A stretch of DNA of 64,000 nt from contig CALSQD010000002.1 in NCBI GenBank assembly GCA_943788405.1, positions 172,850 through 236,849 on the forward strand. The letters are read 5' to 3'. Source of the stretch: an uncultured Flavobacteriales bacterium. Its GTDB lineage: Bacteria; Bacteroidota; Bacteroidia; Flavobacteriales; BACL11. This document shows, piece by piece, positions 29,808-39,559 of this stretch (position 1 is its first letter; each line of letters opens with the position of its first letter). The translations under genes were made by a program, and so were the position numbers. The notes under the pieces were generated by a model. The model was not told the DNA's origin and did no database searches. It saw nothing but the letters and a program-made list of their open reading frames with translations.

Positions 29808-32258
29808 ATGAGAAATAAATATCCTTTAGATGGCTTTGAGTTATCTGATTTAATAAATGAAGAAACAGAATTTTTGCCATTAATGTCTGATGAGGATGAG
29901 GCGAAAATATCAAAAGAAGATACTCCTGATGTGTTGTCAATTCTGCCGTTAAGGAATACAGTGCTTTTTCCTGGCGTAATTATTCCAATTACTATTGGTA
30001 GAGACCGTTCAGTAAAATTGATAAAGGATGCTGAAAATGGAAATAAAACAATTGGTGTTGTTTCTCAAAAAGACTTTGAAACTGAATTACCTGAGTTAAA
30101 AGATTTGAATGAAGTAGGTACAGTTGCACATATTTTAAAAATGTTAAAAATGCCTGATGGAAACATAACGGCAGTAATTCAGGGGCGTAAGCGTTTTAAA
30201 ATTGAGGAAATGGTTCAGAACGAACCGTATTATAAAGCAAAAGTAACGGATTTATCTGAAGTAAAACCAGAAAGGAAAGATGAGGAATTTAGTGCTTTGG
30301 TTTCTTCAGTGAAAGATTTGGCATTAAGGATTATTGATGAATCTCCTAATATTCCATCTGAAGCAGCTATAGCAATTAAGAATATTAAGAATACTTCATT
30401 TGCCATCAATTTTGTTTCATCTAATATGAATATAGGTTTACCTGAAAAACAATCCTTATTGGAAGAGGTAGATTTGAAAAAGCGTGCAATCTCTGTTTTA
30501 GAATTATTGACAAAGGAATTGCAACTTTTGGAAATGAAAAATAAAATTCAATCTAAAGTACAAACGGATTTAGATAAGCAGCAGAGGGAGTATTACTTGA
30601 ATCAGCAGATGAAAGCAATTCAAGAAGAATTAGGAGGAAGTGGTTCTCAAAAAGAGATAGATGAGATGCGTAATCAAGGTGCTAAAAAGAAGTGGAATAA
30701 AGAGGTGGCCAATGCTTTTGATAAAGAATTAAGGAAGTTGCAAAGGATGAATTCTTCTATGTCTGATTATGCAGTGCAAAGAAGTTATATTGAGTTAATA
30801 TTGGACTTGCCTTGGGATGAAGTTACTACTGATAGTTTTGATTTGAAAAAAGCAAAAGATATTTTGGATAGAGATCATTTTGGCTTGGAGAAAGTTAAAG
30901 AAAGGATTATTGAGCATTTAGCTGTTTTAAAATTGAAGGGAGATATGAAATCTCCAATTTTATGTTTGTATGGCCCTCCTGGAGTTGGAAAAACATCCTT
31001 AGGAAAGTCAATTGCTGAGGCATTGGGAAGAAAATATGAAAGAGTTTCTTTGGGAGGATTAAGAGATGAATCAGAAATTAGAGGGCATAGAAAAACTTAT
31101 ATTGGAGCTATGCCAGGAAGGATTATTAAATCCATTCAAAAAGCAAAAACATCTAATCCTGTTTTTGTGTTGGATGAGATAGATAAGGTGACCAGAGATT
31201 CTCATGGAGACCCTTCTTCTGCACTTTTAGAAGTTTTGGATCCTGAGCAAAATGAAACATTCCATGATAATTATTTAGAGTTAGACTATGATTTGTCTAA
31301 GGTAATGTTTGTGGCTACTGCAAATTCTTTAGCTACTATTCAGCCTGCCTTAAGGGATAGAATGGAAATTATTGAGATAAACGGTTATACTCTTGAGGAA
31401 AAAGTACAAATAGCAAAAAAACATTTATTGCCTAAACAATTAAAGTCTCATGGATTAAAAGCAGAACAGTTTACTTTGTCTGATGAGATGTTAGAGAAAA
31501 TTGTTGATCAATATACAAGAGAATCAGGTGTAAGAACATTGGATAAAATGGTGAGTAAAATGATTCGTAATGTGGCGAAATCAATTGCTATGGAGGAATC
31601 GTTTGATTATTTTCCAAATGCTGTGGTGGTGGAAAAAGTACTAGGTGCACCAAGATTTGATAGAGATCGTTTTACGGACAATTCAGTAGCTGGTGTAGTT
31701 ACAGGCTTAGCTTGGACTTCAGTAGGGGGTGATATTTTATTTATTGAAAGTATCCTAAGTAAAGGAAAGGGAAAGCTTTCTGTTACTGGAAATCTTGGGA
31801 AAGTAATGAAAGAATCGGTAACAATTGCTATGGAATATTTAAAGGCGCATGCTGGAGAGTACGGAATAAATACAGATGTATTTGATAAGTGGAATGTGCA
31901 TGTACATGTGCCAGAAGGAGCAACTCCTAAGGATGGGCCTTCAGCAGGAATTACTATGTTTACTTCCTTAATTTCTTCTTTCACGCAAAGAAAAGTAAAA
32001 GAGAAAATTGCTATGACAGGCGAGCTTACTTTAAGAGGAAAAGTATTGCCAGTAGGTGGAATTAAAGAAAAAATATTAGCAGCTAAGCGTTCTGGAATTA
32101 ATGAAATTATTCTTTCAAAGCAGAACAAAAAAGATATTTTAGAGATAAATGAAAAGTATGTAAAGGTTATGACTTTCCATTATGTAGATACTTTAAAAGA
32201 AGTAACAGATATTGCTTTGTTAACTGAAAAAGTAGAAGAAGCAGTAACAATTAATTAG
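29808..32258 (+). CDS. lon: ATP-dependent Lon protease
   Basis: 816 aa with Walker A GPPGVGKTS and the catalytic serine motif DGPSAGITM. Confidence 0.95.
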   Translation: MRNKYPLDGFELSDLINEETEFLPLMSDEDEAKISKEDTPDVLSILPLRNTVLFPGVIIPITIGRDRSVKLIKDAENGNKTIGVVSQKDFETELPELKDLNEVGTVAHILKMLKMPDGNITAVIQGRKRFKIEEMVQNEPYYKAKVTDLSEVKPERKDEEFSALVSSVKDLALRIIDESPNIPSEAAIAIKNIKNTSFAINFVSSNMNIGLPEKQSLLEEVDLKKRAISVLELLTKELQLLEMKNKIQSKVQTDLDKQQREYYLNQQMKAIQEELGGSGSQKEIDEMRNQGAKKKWNKEVANAFDKELRKLQRMNSSMSDYAVQRSYIELILDLPWDEVTTDSFDLKKAKDILDRDHFGLEKVKERIIEHLAVLKLKGDMKSPILCLYGPPGVGKTSLGKSIAEALGRKYERVSLGGLRDESEIRGHRKTYIGAMPGRIIKSIQKAKTSNPVFVLDEIDKVTRDSHGDPSSALLEVLDPEQNETFHDNYLELDYDLSKVMFVATANSLATIQPALRDRMEIIEINGYTLEEKVQIAKKHLLPKQLKSHGLKAEQFTLSDEMLEKIVDQYTRESGVRTLDKMVSKMIRNVAKSIAMEESFDYFPNAVVVEKVLGAPRFDRDRFTDNSVAGVVTGLAWTSVGGDILFIESILSKGKGKLSVTGNLGKVMKESVTIAMEYLKAHAGEYGINTDVFDKWNVHVHVPEGATPKDGPSAGITMFTSLISSFTQRKVKEKIAMTGELTLRGKVLPVGGIKEKILAAKRSGINEIILSKQNKKDILEINEKYVKVMTFHYVDTLKEVTDIALLTEKVEEAVTIN

Positions 32259-32296
32259 TGTATAATAAGAGTAAGTTTTAAGCGTTAGCTAAATTA

Positions 32297-33325
32297 ATGA
32301 TAAAAAGAATAATCATAATAGTACTTTGTTTGCCTTTGGGTCTTTTGGCTCAAATTGGTGGAACAACTGCTTTTTCTTTTGTTGATGTGGAACTTTCTCC
32401 AAGGATTGAAGCTATGGGAGGAAGTGGAATTGCTATTGTTGATTATGATGTGGCTTTAGCCCAAACTACACCTTCCTTGTTAAATGCTGAAATGCACAAT
32501 GGCTTAGTGTTTTCTTTTACTGATTATTTTTCAGATATTAATTTAATAGGTTTTTCTTACGCTAGAAAGTGGAAAGAATTAGGTGTTATATCTTTAGGGA
32601 TTAAAGCAATAAATTATGGTGATTTTGAGCACAATGATATTGTCGGAAATAATCTAGGCTCTTTTTCTGCTCATGATCAAGTAATTACTTTAGGAGCAAG
32701 TAGGAAGTTGAATGAAAAATTTACTCTAGGTGTCAATGTAAATGCATTGAATTCTCAATATGAAACTTATCATGCTTTTGCGCTTTCTACTAATATAGCC
32801 ACCACTTACTTTAATCCAGAAAAAGAATTTACAGCAACATTTCTGTTAAAAAATATTGGGAGACAATTGGTGTCTTATACGGATGAGAAAGAGGCTTTAC
32901 CATTTGATGTGCAGTTAGGAATAAGTAAAGAGTTAAAACATCTCCCTTTTAGGTATTCACTTACTTTCCATCACCTTCATCAGTTTGATATAAAATCACC
33001 TTATAAGTTGATTTCTCAAACAAATATTGAAACAGGGGAGTTGGAAATAAAGAAGGAAAGTATTGCGAAAACGGCATTACGACATTTAATTATTGGTGGT
33101 GAATTAAACCCTTTTCGTAAAAGTCTTTTTATAAGAGGAGGGTTTAATTTTCAAAGGAGATTTGATATGAGTCTTTCTACTTACCCGGCATTGGTTGGTT
33201 TCTCTTGGGGGATAGGGTTTAAAGTCTCAAAATTCAGGTTGGATTATAGTAGAGCATCTTATCATTTATCAGGAACTCCAAATAATTTTAGTATTGCTAC
33301 AAATTTGAGTACTTTTGGGCTCTAA
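32297..33325 (+). CDS. porQ: type IX secretion system PorQ-like outer-membrane protein
   Basis: 342 aa. A signal peptide is followed by GGTTAFSFVDVELSPRIEAMGGSG and a beta-barrel-like pattern. Assigned from my memory of the PorQ family and its adjacency to cmk; not verified. Confidence 0.5.
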   Translation: MIKRIIIIVLCLPLGLLAQIGGTTAFSFVDVELSPRIEAMGGSGIAIVDYDVALAQTTPSLLNAEMHNGLVFSFTDYFSDINLIGFSYARKWKELGVISLGIKAINYGDFEHNDIVGNNLGSFSAHDQVITLGASRKLNEKFTLGVNVNALNSQYETYHAFALSTNIATTYFNPEKEFTATFLLKNIGRQLVSYTDEKEALPFDVQLGISKELKHLPFRYSLTFHHLHQFDIKSPYKLISQTNIETGELEIKKESIAKTALRHLIIGGELNPFRKSLFIRGGFNFQRRFDMSLSTYPALVGFSWGIGFKVSKFRLDYSRASYHLSGTPNNFSIATNLSTFGL

Positions 33326-34018
33326 ATGAGTTTACCTTTTAATATAGCGATTGATGGCCATTCTTCTTGTGGTAAAAGTACCATTGCAAAAGCAGTGGCT
33401 AGCAAATATGGTATGCGTTATATTGATACAGGAGCAATGTATCGTGCAGTTACACTTTATTGCATGAGAAATAATGTAATAAAAAATAAAGAAGTAGATT
33501 TAGTAAAATTGAATGCTGAGCTAGATAATATTGCAATCAATTTTGTGTTTAATGCCGAAACAAAACAGTCAGAAACTGTTTTGAATGGTGAAAATGTAGA
33601 AAAGATAATTAGAGGTTTTGAGGTATCGGACAATGTGAGTATTGTTGCTCAAATTCAACAAGTGCGTGAAAAATTAATTGCTTCACAGCAAGAGATAGGA
33701 AGGGAAGGAAATGTTGTGATGGATGGAAGAGATATTGGTACAAAAGTATTTCCTGACGCTAAACTGAAATTATTTGTAACGGCAAGTGCGAAAATAAGAG
33801 CTCAAAGAAGGTATGATGAATTGAAAAAGAAGGGGGAAAAAGTTACTTTTGAGGATGTATTGAGTAATTTAACATTGAGAGATGATCATGATACAAATAG
33901 AGAAATAAATCCTTTGTTGCAGGCAAAAGATGCAATTTTAATTGATAATTCTCAGTTTTCAATTCAAAAGCAAAATGCTTTGATTGATGATTTAATAACA
34001 ACAAAATTAGGTGAATAA
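33326..34018 (+). CDS. cmk: cytidylate kinase
   Basis: 230 aa with the P-loop IAIDGHSSCGKST and DTGAMYRA. Confidence 0.9.
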   Translation: MSLPFNIAIDGHSSCGKSTIAKAVASKYGMRYIDTGAMYRAVTLYCMRNNVIKNKEVDLVKLNAELDNIAINFVFNAETKQSETVLNGENVEKIIRGFEVSDNVSIVAQIQQVREKLIASQQEIGREGNVVMDGRDIGTKVFPDAKLKLFVTASAKIRAQRRYDELKKKGEKVTFEDVLSNLTLRDDHDTNREINPLLQAKDAILIDNSQFSIQKQNALIDDLITTKLGE

Positions 34019-34890
34019 TGGAAGTTACTATTGATAAATATTCAGGTTTTTGTTTTGGTGTAGTGTATGCTATTCAAATGGCAGAGGATATTTTAGAAAA
34101 AGAAGAAAGTTTATATTGTTTAGGTGATATCGTACATAATAACAAAGAAGTAGATCGCTTGAATGACATGGGTTTAAAAATTATTAATCATGATGACTTG
34201 AAAGAGATTTCTGATTGTAAAGTATTGATTCGTGCTCATGGTGAACCTCCTTCAACTTATACTACTGCACTCGAAAATAATATACAATTATTGGATGCTT
34301 CCTGCCCTGTGGTGTTAAAGTTACAGCATCAAATTAAGGAGGGCTATGAAGAGATTAAAGAGATTGATGGGCAAGTAATTATTTTTGGGAAAGAAGGGCA
34401 TGCTGAGGTGACAGGTTTGCTTGGACAGACTAAAAATCATGCTATAATTGTAACTACTGTTGATGATTTAGAAAAAGTGGATTTCAATAAATCTATTTAT
34501 ATTTATTCTCAAACAACAAAAAGTCCAAAAGCTTATAAAGCGATTAGTGATGTGATTGCTGAAAGGGTTAAGTTGGCAGGTAAAGAAAATGTAAAATACA
34601 TAGTGCATGACACTTTGTGTAGGCAGGTTTCAGGTCGTGAGCCTCAATTAAAGCAATTTTCAAAGGATAATGATGTCATTGTTTTTGTAAGTGGGCAAAA
34701 AAGTTCTAACGGAAAAATGCTATATAAATCATGTAAAGAAGAGAACCCTAATTCACACTTCATTTCAGATGTAGATGAGATTAAAAAGGATTGGTTTTTA
34801 AAAGCAAATTCTGTAGGTATTTGTGGTGCAACTTCTACTCCAAGATGGTTGTTGGAAAATGTTCAAAATGCTATTAAAAATATAGCTTAG
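34018..34890 (+). CDS. ispH: 4-hydroxy-3-methylbut-2-enyl diphosphate reductase
   Basis: 290 aa with three cluster cysteines in GFCFGV, ASCPVV and DTLCRQV, plus HGEP. Confidence 0.9.
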   Translation: MEVTIDKYSGFCFGVVYAIQMAEDILEKEESLYCLGDIVHNNKEVDRLNDMGLKIINHDDLKEISDCKVLIRAHGEPPSTYTTALENNIQLLDASCPVVLKLQHQIKEGYEEIKEIDGQVIIFGKEGHAEVTGLLGQTKNHAIIVTTVDDLEKVDFNKSIYIYSQTTKSPKAYKAISDVIAERVKLAGKENVKYIVHDTLCRQVSGREPQLKQFSKDNDVIVFVSGQKSSNGKMLYKSCKEENPNSHFISDVDEIKKDWFLKANSVGICGATSTPRWLLENVQNAIKNIA

Positions 34891-34921
34891 TTTTCTTGTT
34901 TGTTATTTCAGATTAAAATTG

Positions 34922-34929
34922 TATTTTTG
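34922..34929 (+). promoter_or_regulatory. -7 promoter box TATTTTTG upstream of rpsA
   Basis: TAnnTTTG match. Followed by an 8-bp hairpin (34934-34941 / 34960-34967) in the ~100-nt leader. Confidence 0.45.
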
Positions 34930-35037
34930 CAGCCCTTTTCAGAATGTTTTGTAAGGTAGTGAAAAGGAAAATATAAAATTAATAGCTCTTAAAGTTTAAA
35001 CATCTCAGCCTTACTTACTTTAAGATACAAATGTAAA

Positions 35038-36951
35038 ATGACAAAAATGTCAGAAGAAAACAAAAAAGAAACTGCACCAAAAGCAGTAGAAACTCCGAAA
35101 GTTGAGGAGGTAGTTGTAGCAGAAACTCCTGTTACTGAAGAAGTAGAAGCAGCTCCAGTACTTGAAGAAGTGAAGGCTGAAAAAGCTCCAAAAAAGAAAG
35201 TTGAAAAAGTAGAAGAATTTGATTGGGACAAAGCGGCTCAAAACGATATGTATTCTACTAAAGAAAGAACTGATTTAGAAAAAGAATACAGCTCTACATT
35301 ACCTGATGTTATCGATAAGCAAGTTATTGATGGTACAGTTGTAATGGTAACTGATAGAGAGGTTGTTGTAGATATCAACTTTAAATCAGATGGTGTAATT
35401 AGTTTTAATGAATTTAAGTACAATCCTGAATTAAAAGCTGGTGATACTGTTGAGGTTTTAGTTGAAAAACAAGAAGATAAAAACGGACAATTAGTATTGT
35501 CTCACAGAAGAGCTAGGGTATTAAGAGCTTGGGAGAAAGTGAATGTTGCTTTAGAAACTGGTGAGGTTGTTAATGGTCAGATAATGAGTAGAACTAAAGG
35601 AGGTATGATTGTTGATGTATTTGGTATTGAGTGTTTCTTACCAGGTTCTCAAATTGATGTTAAGCCTATCCGTGACTATGATGAATATGTTGGTAAAAAG
35701 ATGGAATTCAAAGTTGTTAAGGTTAATGAATCCTTCCGTAATGTTGTAGTATCTCATAAAGCATTAATTGAAGCTGATTTAGCAGTTCAAACTAAAGAAA
35801 TCATGTCTAAGTTAGAAAAAGGACAAGTTCTTGAAGGTACTGTTAAGAATATTACTTCTTATGGTGTGTTTGTTGATTTAGGAGGTATTGATGGATTAAT
35901 TCATATTACTGATTTATCTTGGGGTAGAATTTCTCATCCAGATGAGATTGTATCTTTAGATGAAACTATTAATGTTGTAATTCTTGACTTTGATGAAGGT
36001 AAGAGTAGAATCCAATTAGGATTAAAACAATTAGGTGCTCATCCTTGGGAGAATTTAGATGAAAGCTTAAAAGTAGGTGATGAAGTTGATGGTAAAGTTG
36101 TAGTTGTTGCTGATTATGGTGTGTTTGTTGAATTACAAGCAGGAATTGAAGCATTATTACATGTGTCTGAAATGTCTTGGTCAACTCACTTAAGATCAGC
36201 TAATGATTTCTATAAAAAAGGAGATGCTGTTAAAGCTCAAATTTTAACTTTAGATAAAGAGACTAGAAAAATGTCATTAGGTGTTAAGCAAATGACTCCA
36301 GACCCATGGGCTGATATTGCAGCTAATTTCCCTGTTGGATCTAAGCATAGTGTTAAAGTAAGAAACTTCACTAACTTTGGAATCTTTGTTGAATTAGTTG
36401 AAGGTGTTGATGGTTTGGTACATATTTCTGATTTATCTTGGACTAAGAAAGTGAAGCATCCAGCTGAGTTTACTCAAGTTGATGCAATGCTTGATGTTAT
36501 TGTTTTAGATATTGATAAAGGAAATAGAAAAATCAGTTTAGGACATAAGCAATTAGATGTTAATCCTTGGGATGATTATGCTAAGCAATATAAAGACGGA
36601 AAAGACTATGAAGGAACTGTAAAAGAAGTATTTGATAAAGGTGCCGTAATTGCATTGTCTGAAGAAGTAGAAGCATTTGCTCCAAAAAGACATACTGAAA
36701 AAGAAGATGGTTCAAGCATAGTAGTTGGTGAAACATTATCTTTTAGAATTCTTGAATTCTCAAAAGAGAATAAAAAGATTTTAGTTTCTCATACAGCAAT
36801 CTTTAAAGAAGAGCTTGAAGCAGAAAGAAAGAAATCAGCTTCAGCAGCTAAAAAAGTGATGAAGAAACTTGAGGATGATAAAAAGCAATCTACCTTAGGT
36901 GATTTGGATCAGCTATCCGCTCTGAAGAAGGATTTAGAGAAAGGTGAATAA
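35038..36951 (+). CDS. rpsA: 30S ribosomal protein S1 with E/V/K/P-rich N-terminal extension
   Basis: 637 aa with repeated S1 domains (e.g. GTVKNITSYGVFVDLGGIDGLIHITDLSW). Confidence 0.95.
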   Translation: MTKMSEENKKETAPKAVETPKVEEVVVAETPVTEEVEAAPVLEEVKAEKAPKKKVEKVEEFDWDKAAQNDMYSTKERTDLEKEYSSTLPDVIDKQVIDGTVVMVTDREVVVDINFKSDGVISFNEFKYNPELKAGDTVEVLVEKQEDKNGQLVLSHRRARVLRAWEKVNVALETGEVVNGQIMSRTKGGMIVDVFGIECFLPGSQIDVKPIRDYDEYVGKKMEFKVVKVNESFRNVVVSHKALIEADLAVQTKEIMSKLEKGQVLEGTVKNITSYGVFVDLGGIDGLIHITDLSWGRISHPDEIVSLDETINVVILDFDEGKSRIQLGLKQLGAHPWENLDESLKVGDEVDGKVVVVADYGVFVELQAGIEALLHVSEMSWSTHLRSANDFYKKGDAVKAQILTLDKETRKMSLGVKQMTPDPWADIAANFPVGSKHSVKVRNFTNFGIFVELVEGVDGLVHISDLSWTKKVKHPAEFTQVDAMLDVIVLDIDKGNRKISLGHKQLDVNPWDDYAKQYKDGKDYEGTVKEVFDKGAVIALSEEVEAFAPKRHTEKEDGSSIVVGETLSFRILEFSKENKKILVSHTAIFKEELEAERKKSASAAKKVMKKLEDDKKQSTLGDLDQLSALKKDLEKGE

Positions 36952-36960
36952 TTAATTCAA

Positions 36961-36988
36961 AGCCCCATTAATTTGGGGCTTTTTTTTT
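36961..36988 (+). terminator. rho-independent terminator after rpsA
   Basis: Stem AGCCCCA / TGGGGCT, loop TTAATT, then T8. Confidence 0.8.
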
Positions 36989-37005
36989 GCTATTTTTGTA
37001 TTGCA

Positions 37006-37551
37006 ATGATTGAAGAAAGACAAATATTAAATCAGCATGACATTGAGATTACAATTGAAAGGTTGTGTCAACAATTAATTGAAAATCATAATGATTTTGT
37101 AGATACTGTAATTATAGGTGTTCAACCTAGAGGTACTTTTTTAAGTAAAAGAATTATTGCTAAACTCGAAACTCTTATTGCAACTTCTCCAATTCAATCA
37201 GGAAATGTTGATATCTCGTTTTATAGAGATGATTTAATGAGAAGAGAGGAGCCAATTGTTCCAGAAGTTATGGATATGAACCTTTCAGTTGAAGGTAAAA
37301 ATGTAGTGTTAATTGATGATGTGTTATTTACAGGAAGATCTATTCGTTCAGCAATTGATGCATTAATGGCATTCGGTAGGCCAAAGTCAGTTGAGTTATT
37401 GACTTTAATTGATAGAAGATTTAGTAGACATTTACCAATACAGCCTAATTATGTTGGGCGAACAATTGATGCAATTGACTCAGAAAGAGTAATAGTGGAG
37501 TGGAAAGAGATAAATGGAAAAGATAGAATATTAATGGTAAAATCAGAATGA
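37006..37551 (+). CDS. pyrR: PyrR bifunctional pyrimidine regulator / uracil phosphoribosyltransferase
   Basis: MIEERQILNQHDIEITIERL... with the PRPP-binding motif VVLIDDVLFTGRSIRSA. The track ORF start (TTG 36973) lies in the terminator, so I use ATG 37006. Confidence 0.9.
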   Translation: MIEERQILNQHDIEITIERLCQQLIENHNDFVDTVIIGVQPRGTFLSKRIIAKLETLIATSPIQSGNVDISFYRDDLMRREEPIVPEVMDMNLSVEGKNVVLIDDVLFTGRSIRSAIDALMAFGRPKSVELLTLIDRRFSRHLPIQPNYVGRTIDAIDSERVIVEWKEINGKDRILMVKSE

Positions 37552-38483
37552 TGAGTAATTTGTCAGTAGATCATTTATTAGGAATAAAATACCTTAAAAA
37601 ATCAGATATAGATTTGATTTTTAAAACAGCAGATAATTTTAAAAAGATTATTAATCAGCCGATTAAAAAAGTCCCTTCTTTAAGAGATATTACGATTGCA
37701 AACTTATTCTTTGAGAATTCTACACGAACAAAATTGTCTTTTGAATTAGCAGAAAAAAGGCTTTCGGCAGATGTTATTAATTTTGCATCAGCATCATCAT
37801 CTGTTAAAAAGGGGGAGACTTTACTAGATACTGTAAATAATATATTAGCCATGAAGGTTGATATAGTAGTAATGCGTCATCCAAATCCAGGAGCCTCAGT
37901 GTTTTTGTCAAGAAATATTGATGCTAAAATTGTAAATGCAGGAGACGGAGCACATGAACATCCTACACAAGCTTTATTAGATGCTTATTCTATTAGAGAA
38001 AAATATGGTGAAGTTGAAGGTAAAAAGGTTGTGATTGTTGGAGATATTCTACATTCAAGAGTTGCACTATCTAATATATATTGTTTGCAAAAGCTTGGGG
38101 CTGAAGTTAAAGTTTGTGGGCCATCTTCATTAATGCCTAAACATTTGGACGCTTTAGGAGTTACTCACTTTCCTGACTTAAAAGAAGCTTTACAATGGTG
38201 TGATGTTGCAAATGTTTTAAGAATACAATTAGAACGACAAGATGTAAATTATTTTCCTTCATTGAGAGAATATGCTATGGTGTATGGAGTAGATAAGGAA
38301 GTGCTTGACGGGTTGGATAAAGAAATAACAATAATGCATCCTGGACCAATTAATAGAGGTGTTGAATTAAGTTCAGATGTAGCTGACTCAGATCATGCTA
38401 TTATTTTGGATCAAGTTGAAAATGGAGTGGCAATACGGATGGCAGTATTGTATTTATTGGCAGGAAAAATTAAAAATAATTAA
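37548..38483 (+). CDS. pyrB: aspartate carbamoyltransferase catalytic subunit
   Basis: 311 aa with FFENSTRTKLSFELA, HPTQALLD and HPGPINRG. Has an ATGA overlap with pyrR. Confidence 0.95.
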   Translation: MMSNLSVDHLLGIKYLKKSDIDLIFKTADNFKKIINQPIKKVPSLRDITIANLFFENSTRTKLSFELAEKRLSADVINFASASSSVKKGETLLDTVNNILAMKVDIVVMRHPNPGASVFLSRNIDAKIVNAGDGAHEHPTQALLDAYSIREKYGEVEGKKVVIVGDILHSRVALSNIYCLQKLGAEVKVCGPSSLMPKHLDALGVTHFPDLKEALQWCDVANVLRIQLERQDVNYFPSLREYAMVYGVDKEVLDGLDKEITIMHPGPINRGVELSSDVADSDHAIILDQVENGVAIRMAVLYLLAGKIKNN

Positions 38484-38487
38484 AGAG

Positions 38488-38787
38488 ATGAATATTCAAG
38501 AATCAACTTTAGTATTTAAATTAGGTGAGGATAATAATTTATCTGATCTTAAAATTACTTCAGAAATTAAGCATTTTATTGCTGACTTAAGAGGAGTGAA
38601 ACCTGAAGTAGCTGAGGATATCAAAGATAAATTTATTACATTTGCAGATATCATTTCAAAAATGAAAGGCTCTTTTGTAATTGTTTGTGAATTTTCTTTT
38701 GATGAAGAGCTTACAATTGTTCCTACTTTACTTGAAGCTTATGATTATATTGAAATGGATGAAATGGAAAGACAATTAGAATTATAA
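38488..38787 (+). CDS. small acidic hypothetical protein
   Basis: 99 aa from ATG 38488 (MNIQESTLVFKLGEDNN...). The track ORF's upstream part overlaps pyrB and is unlikely to be real. Confidence 0.5.
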   Translation: MNIQESTLVFKLGEDNNLSDLKITSEIKHFIADLRGVKPEVAEDIKDKFITFADIISKMKGSFVIVCEFSFDEELTIVPTLLEAYDYIEMDEMERQLEL

Positions 38788-38800
38788 ACCAAAATTAAAT

Positions 38801-39559
38801 ATGAAAAAAATCTTACTTACACTTACATTGGCTGTTGCCTTTATTGGAGCGCAAGCGCAATGTACACCTGACCCTCAATTTACTATTTCAGGAATTTATC
38901 CTGATAGTGCAACAGGTTTGCCTAATGCAATGGTTGGTCAGCCATATAATGAGGTGATTACTATTATTTCTCCTTTAGATACAACTATTACTTTTATAGG
39001 TATTCCTGTTGCTGTTACAATTCAAACTATAGAATTAACAAGTGTTACTGGTTTGCCAAATAGTTTTTCTTATGATTGTGCAACTTCTAATTGTACTTTT
39101 GCAGGCGGATCAACTTCTTGTGCTGTACTTACATCACCAAGTCCAACAGCTGCAGAAATAGGTTCTCATCAAATTATTATGAATACAACTACTACTGTTG
39201 ATGCTGGTACTTGGGGAATTCAAACACAAGATGATGTAATTGATTATTATTATATTGAAGTTACTAATGCTACTTCAGTTGTTAATCAATTTAATGATTT
39301 TACTTTTGAACTAAAAGGTATCTATCCTAATCCAGTTCAGAATACTGCTAAAATTCAATTTATTTCAGGAAATTCAGCTGATGTAACTTTTACAGTATTT
39401 AATTATTTAGGTGAAAAAGTTGAAGAAAGAAATATTACTGCAAGCCGTGGGGTAAATGATATTAAGATTAATGCTCAGAATTATACTAATGGAGTGTATT
39501 TGTATTCGATAAATAATGGAACACAAATTGTTTCTAAAAGAATGATTATTGCTAATTAA
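38801..39559 (+). CDS. secreted protein with type A T9SS C-terminal sorting domain
   Basis: Signal peptide MKKILLTLTLAVAFIGAQA. The C-terminal IYPNPVQNTAKIQF...GVYLYSINNGTQIVSKRMII is typical of Por_Secre_tail domains. Confidence 0.75.
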   Translation: MKKILLTLTLAVAFIGAQAQCTPDPQFTISGIYPDSATGLPNAMVGQPYNEVITIISPLDTTITFIGIPVAVTIQTIELTSVTGLPNSFSYDCATSNCTFAGGSTSCAVLTSPSPTAAEIGSHQIIMNTTTTVDAGTWGIQTQDDVIDYYYIEVTNATSVVNQFNDFTFELKGIYPNPVQNTAKIQFISGNSADVTFTVFNYLGEKVEERNITASRGVNDIKINAQNYTNGVYLYSINNGTQIVSKRMIIAN

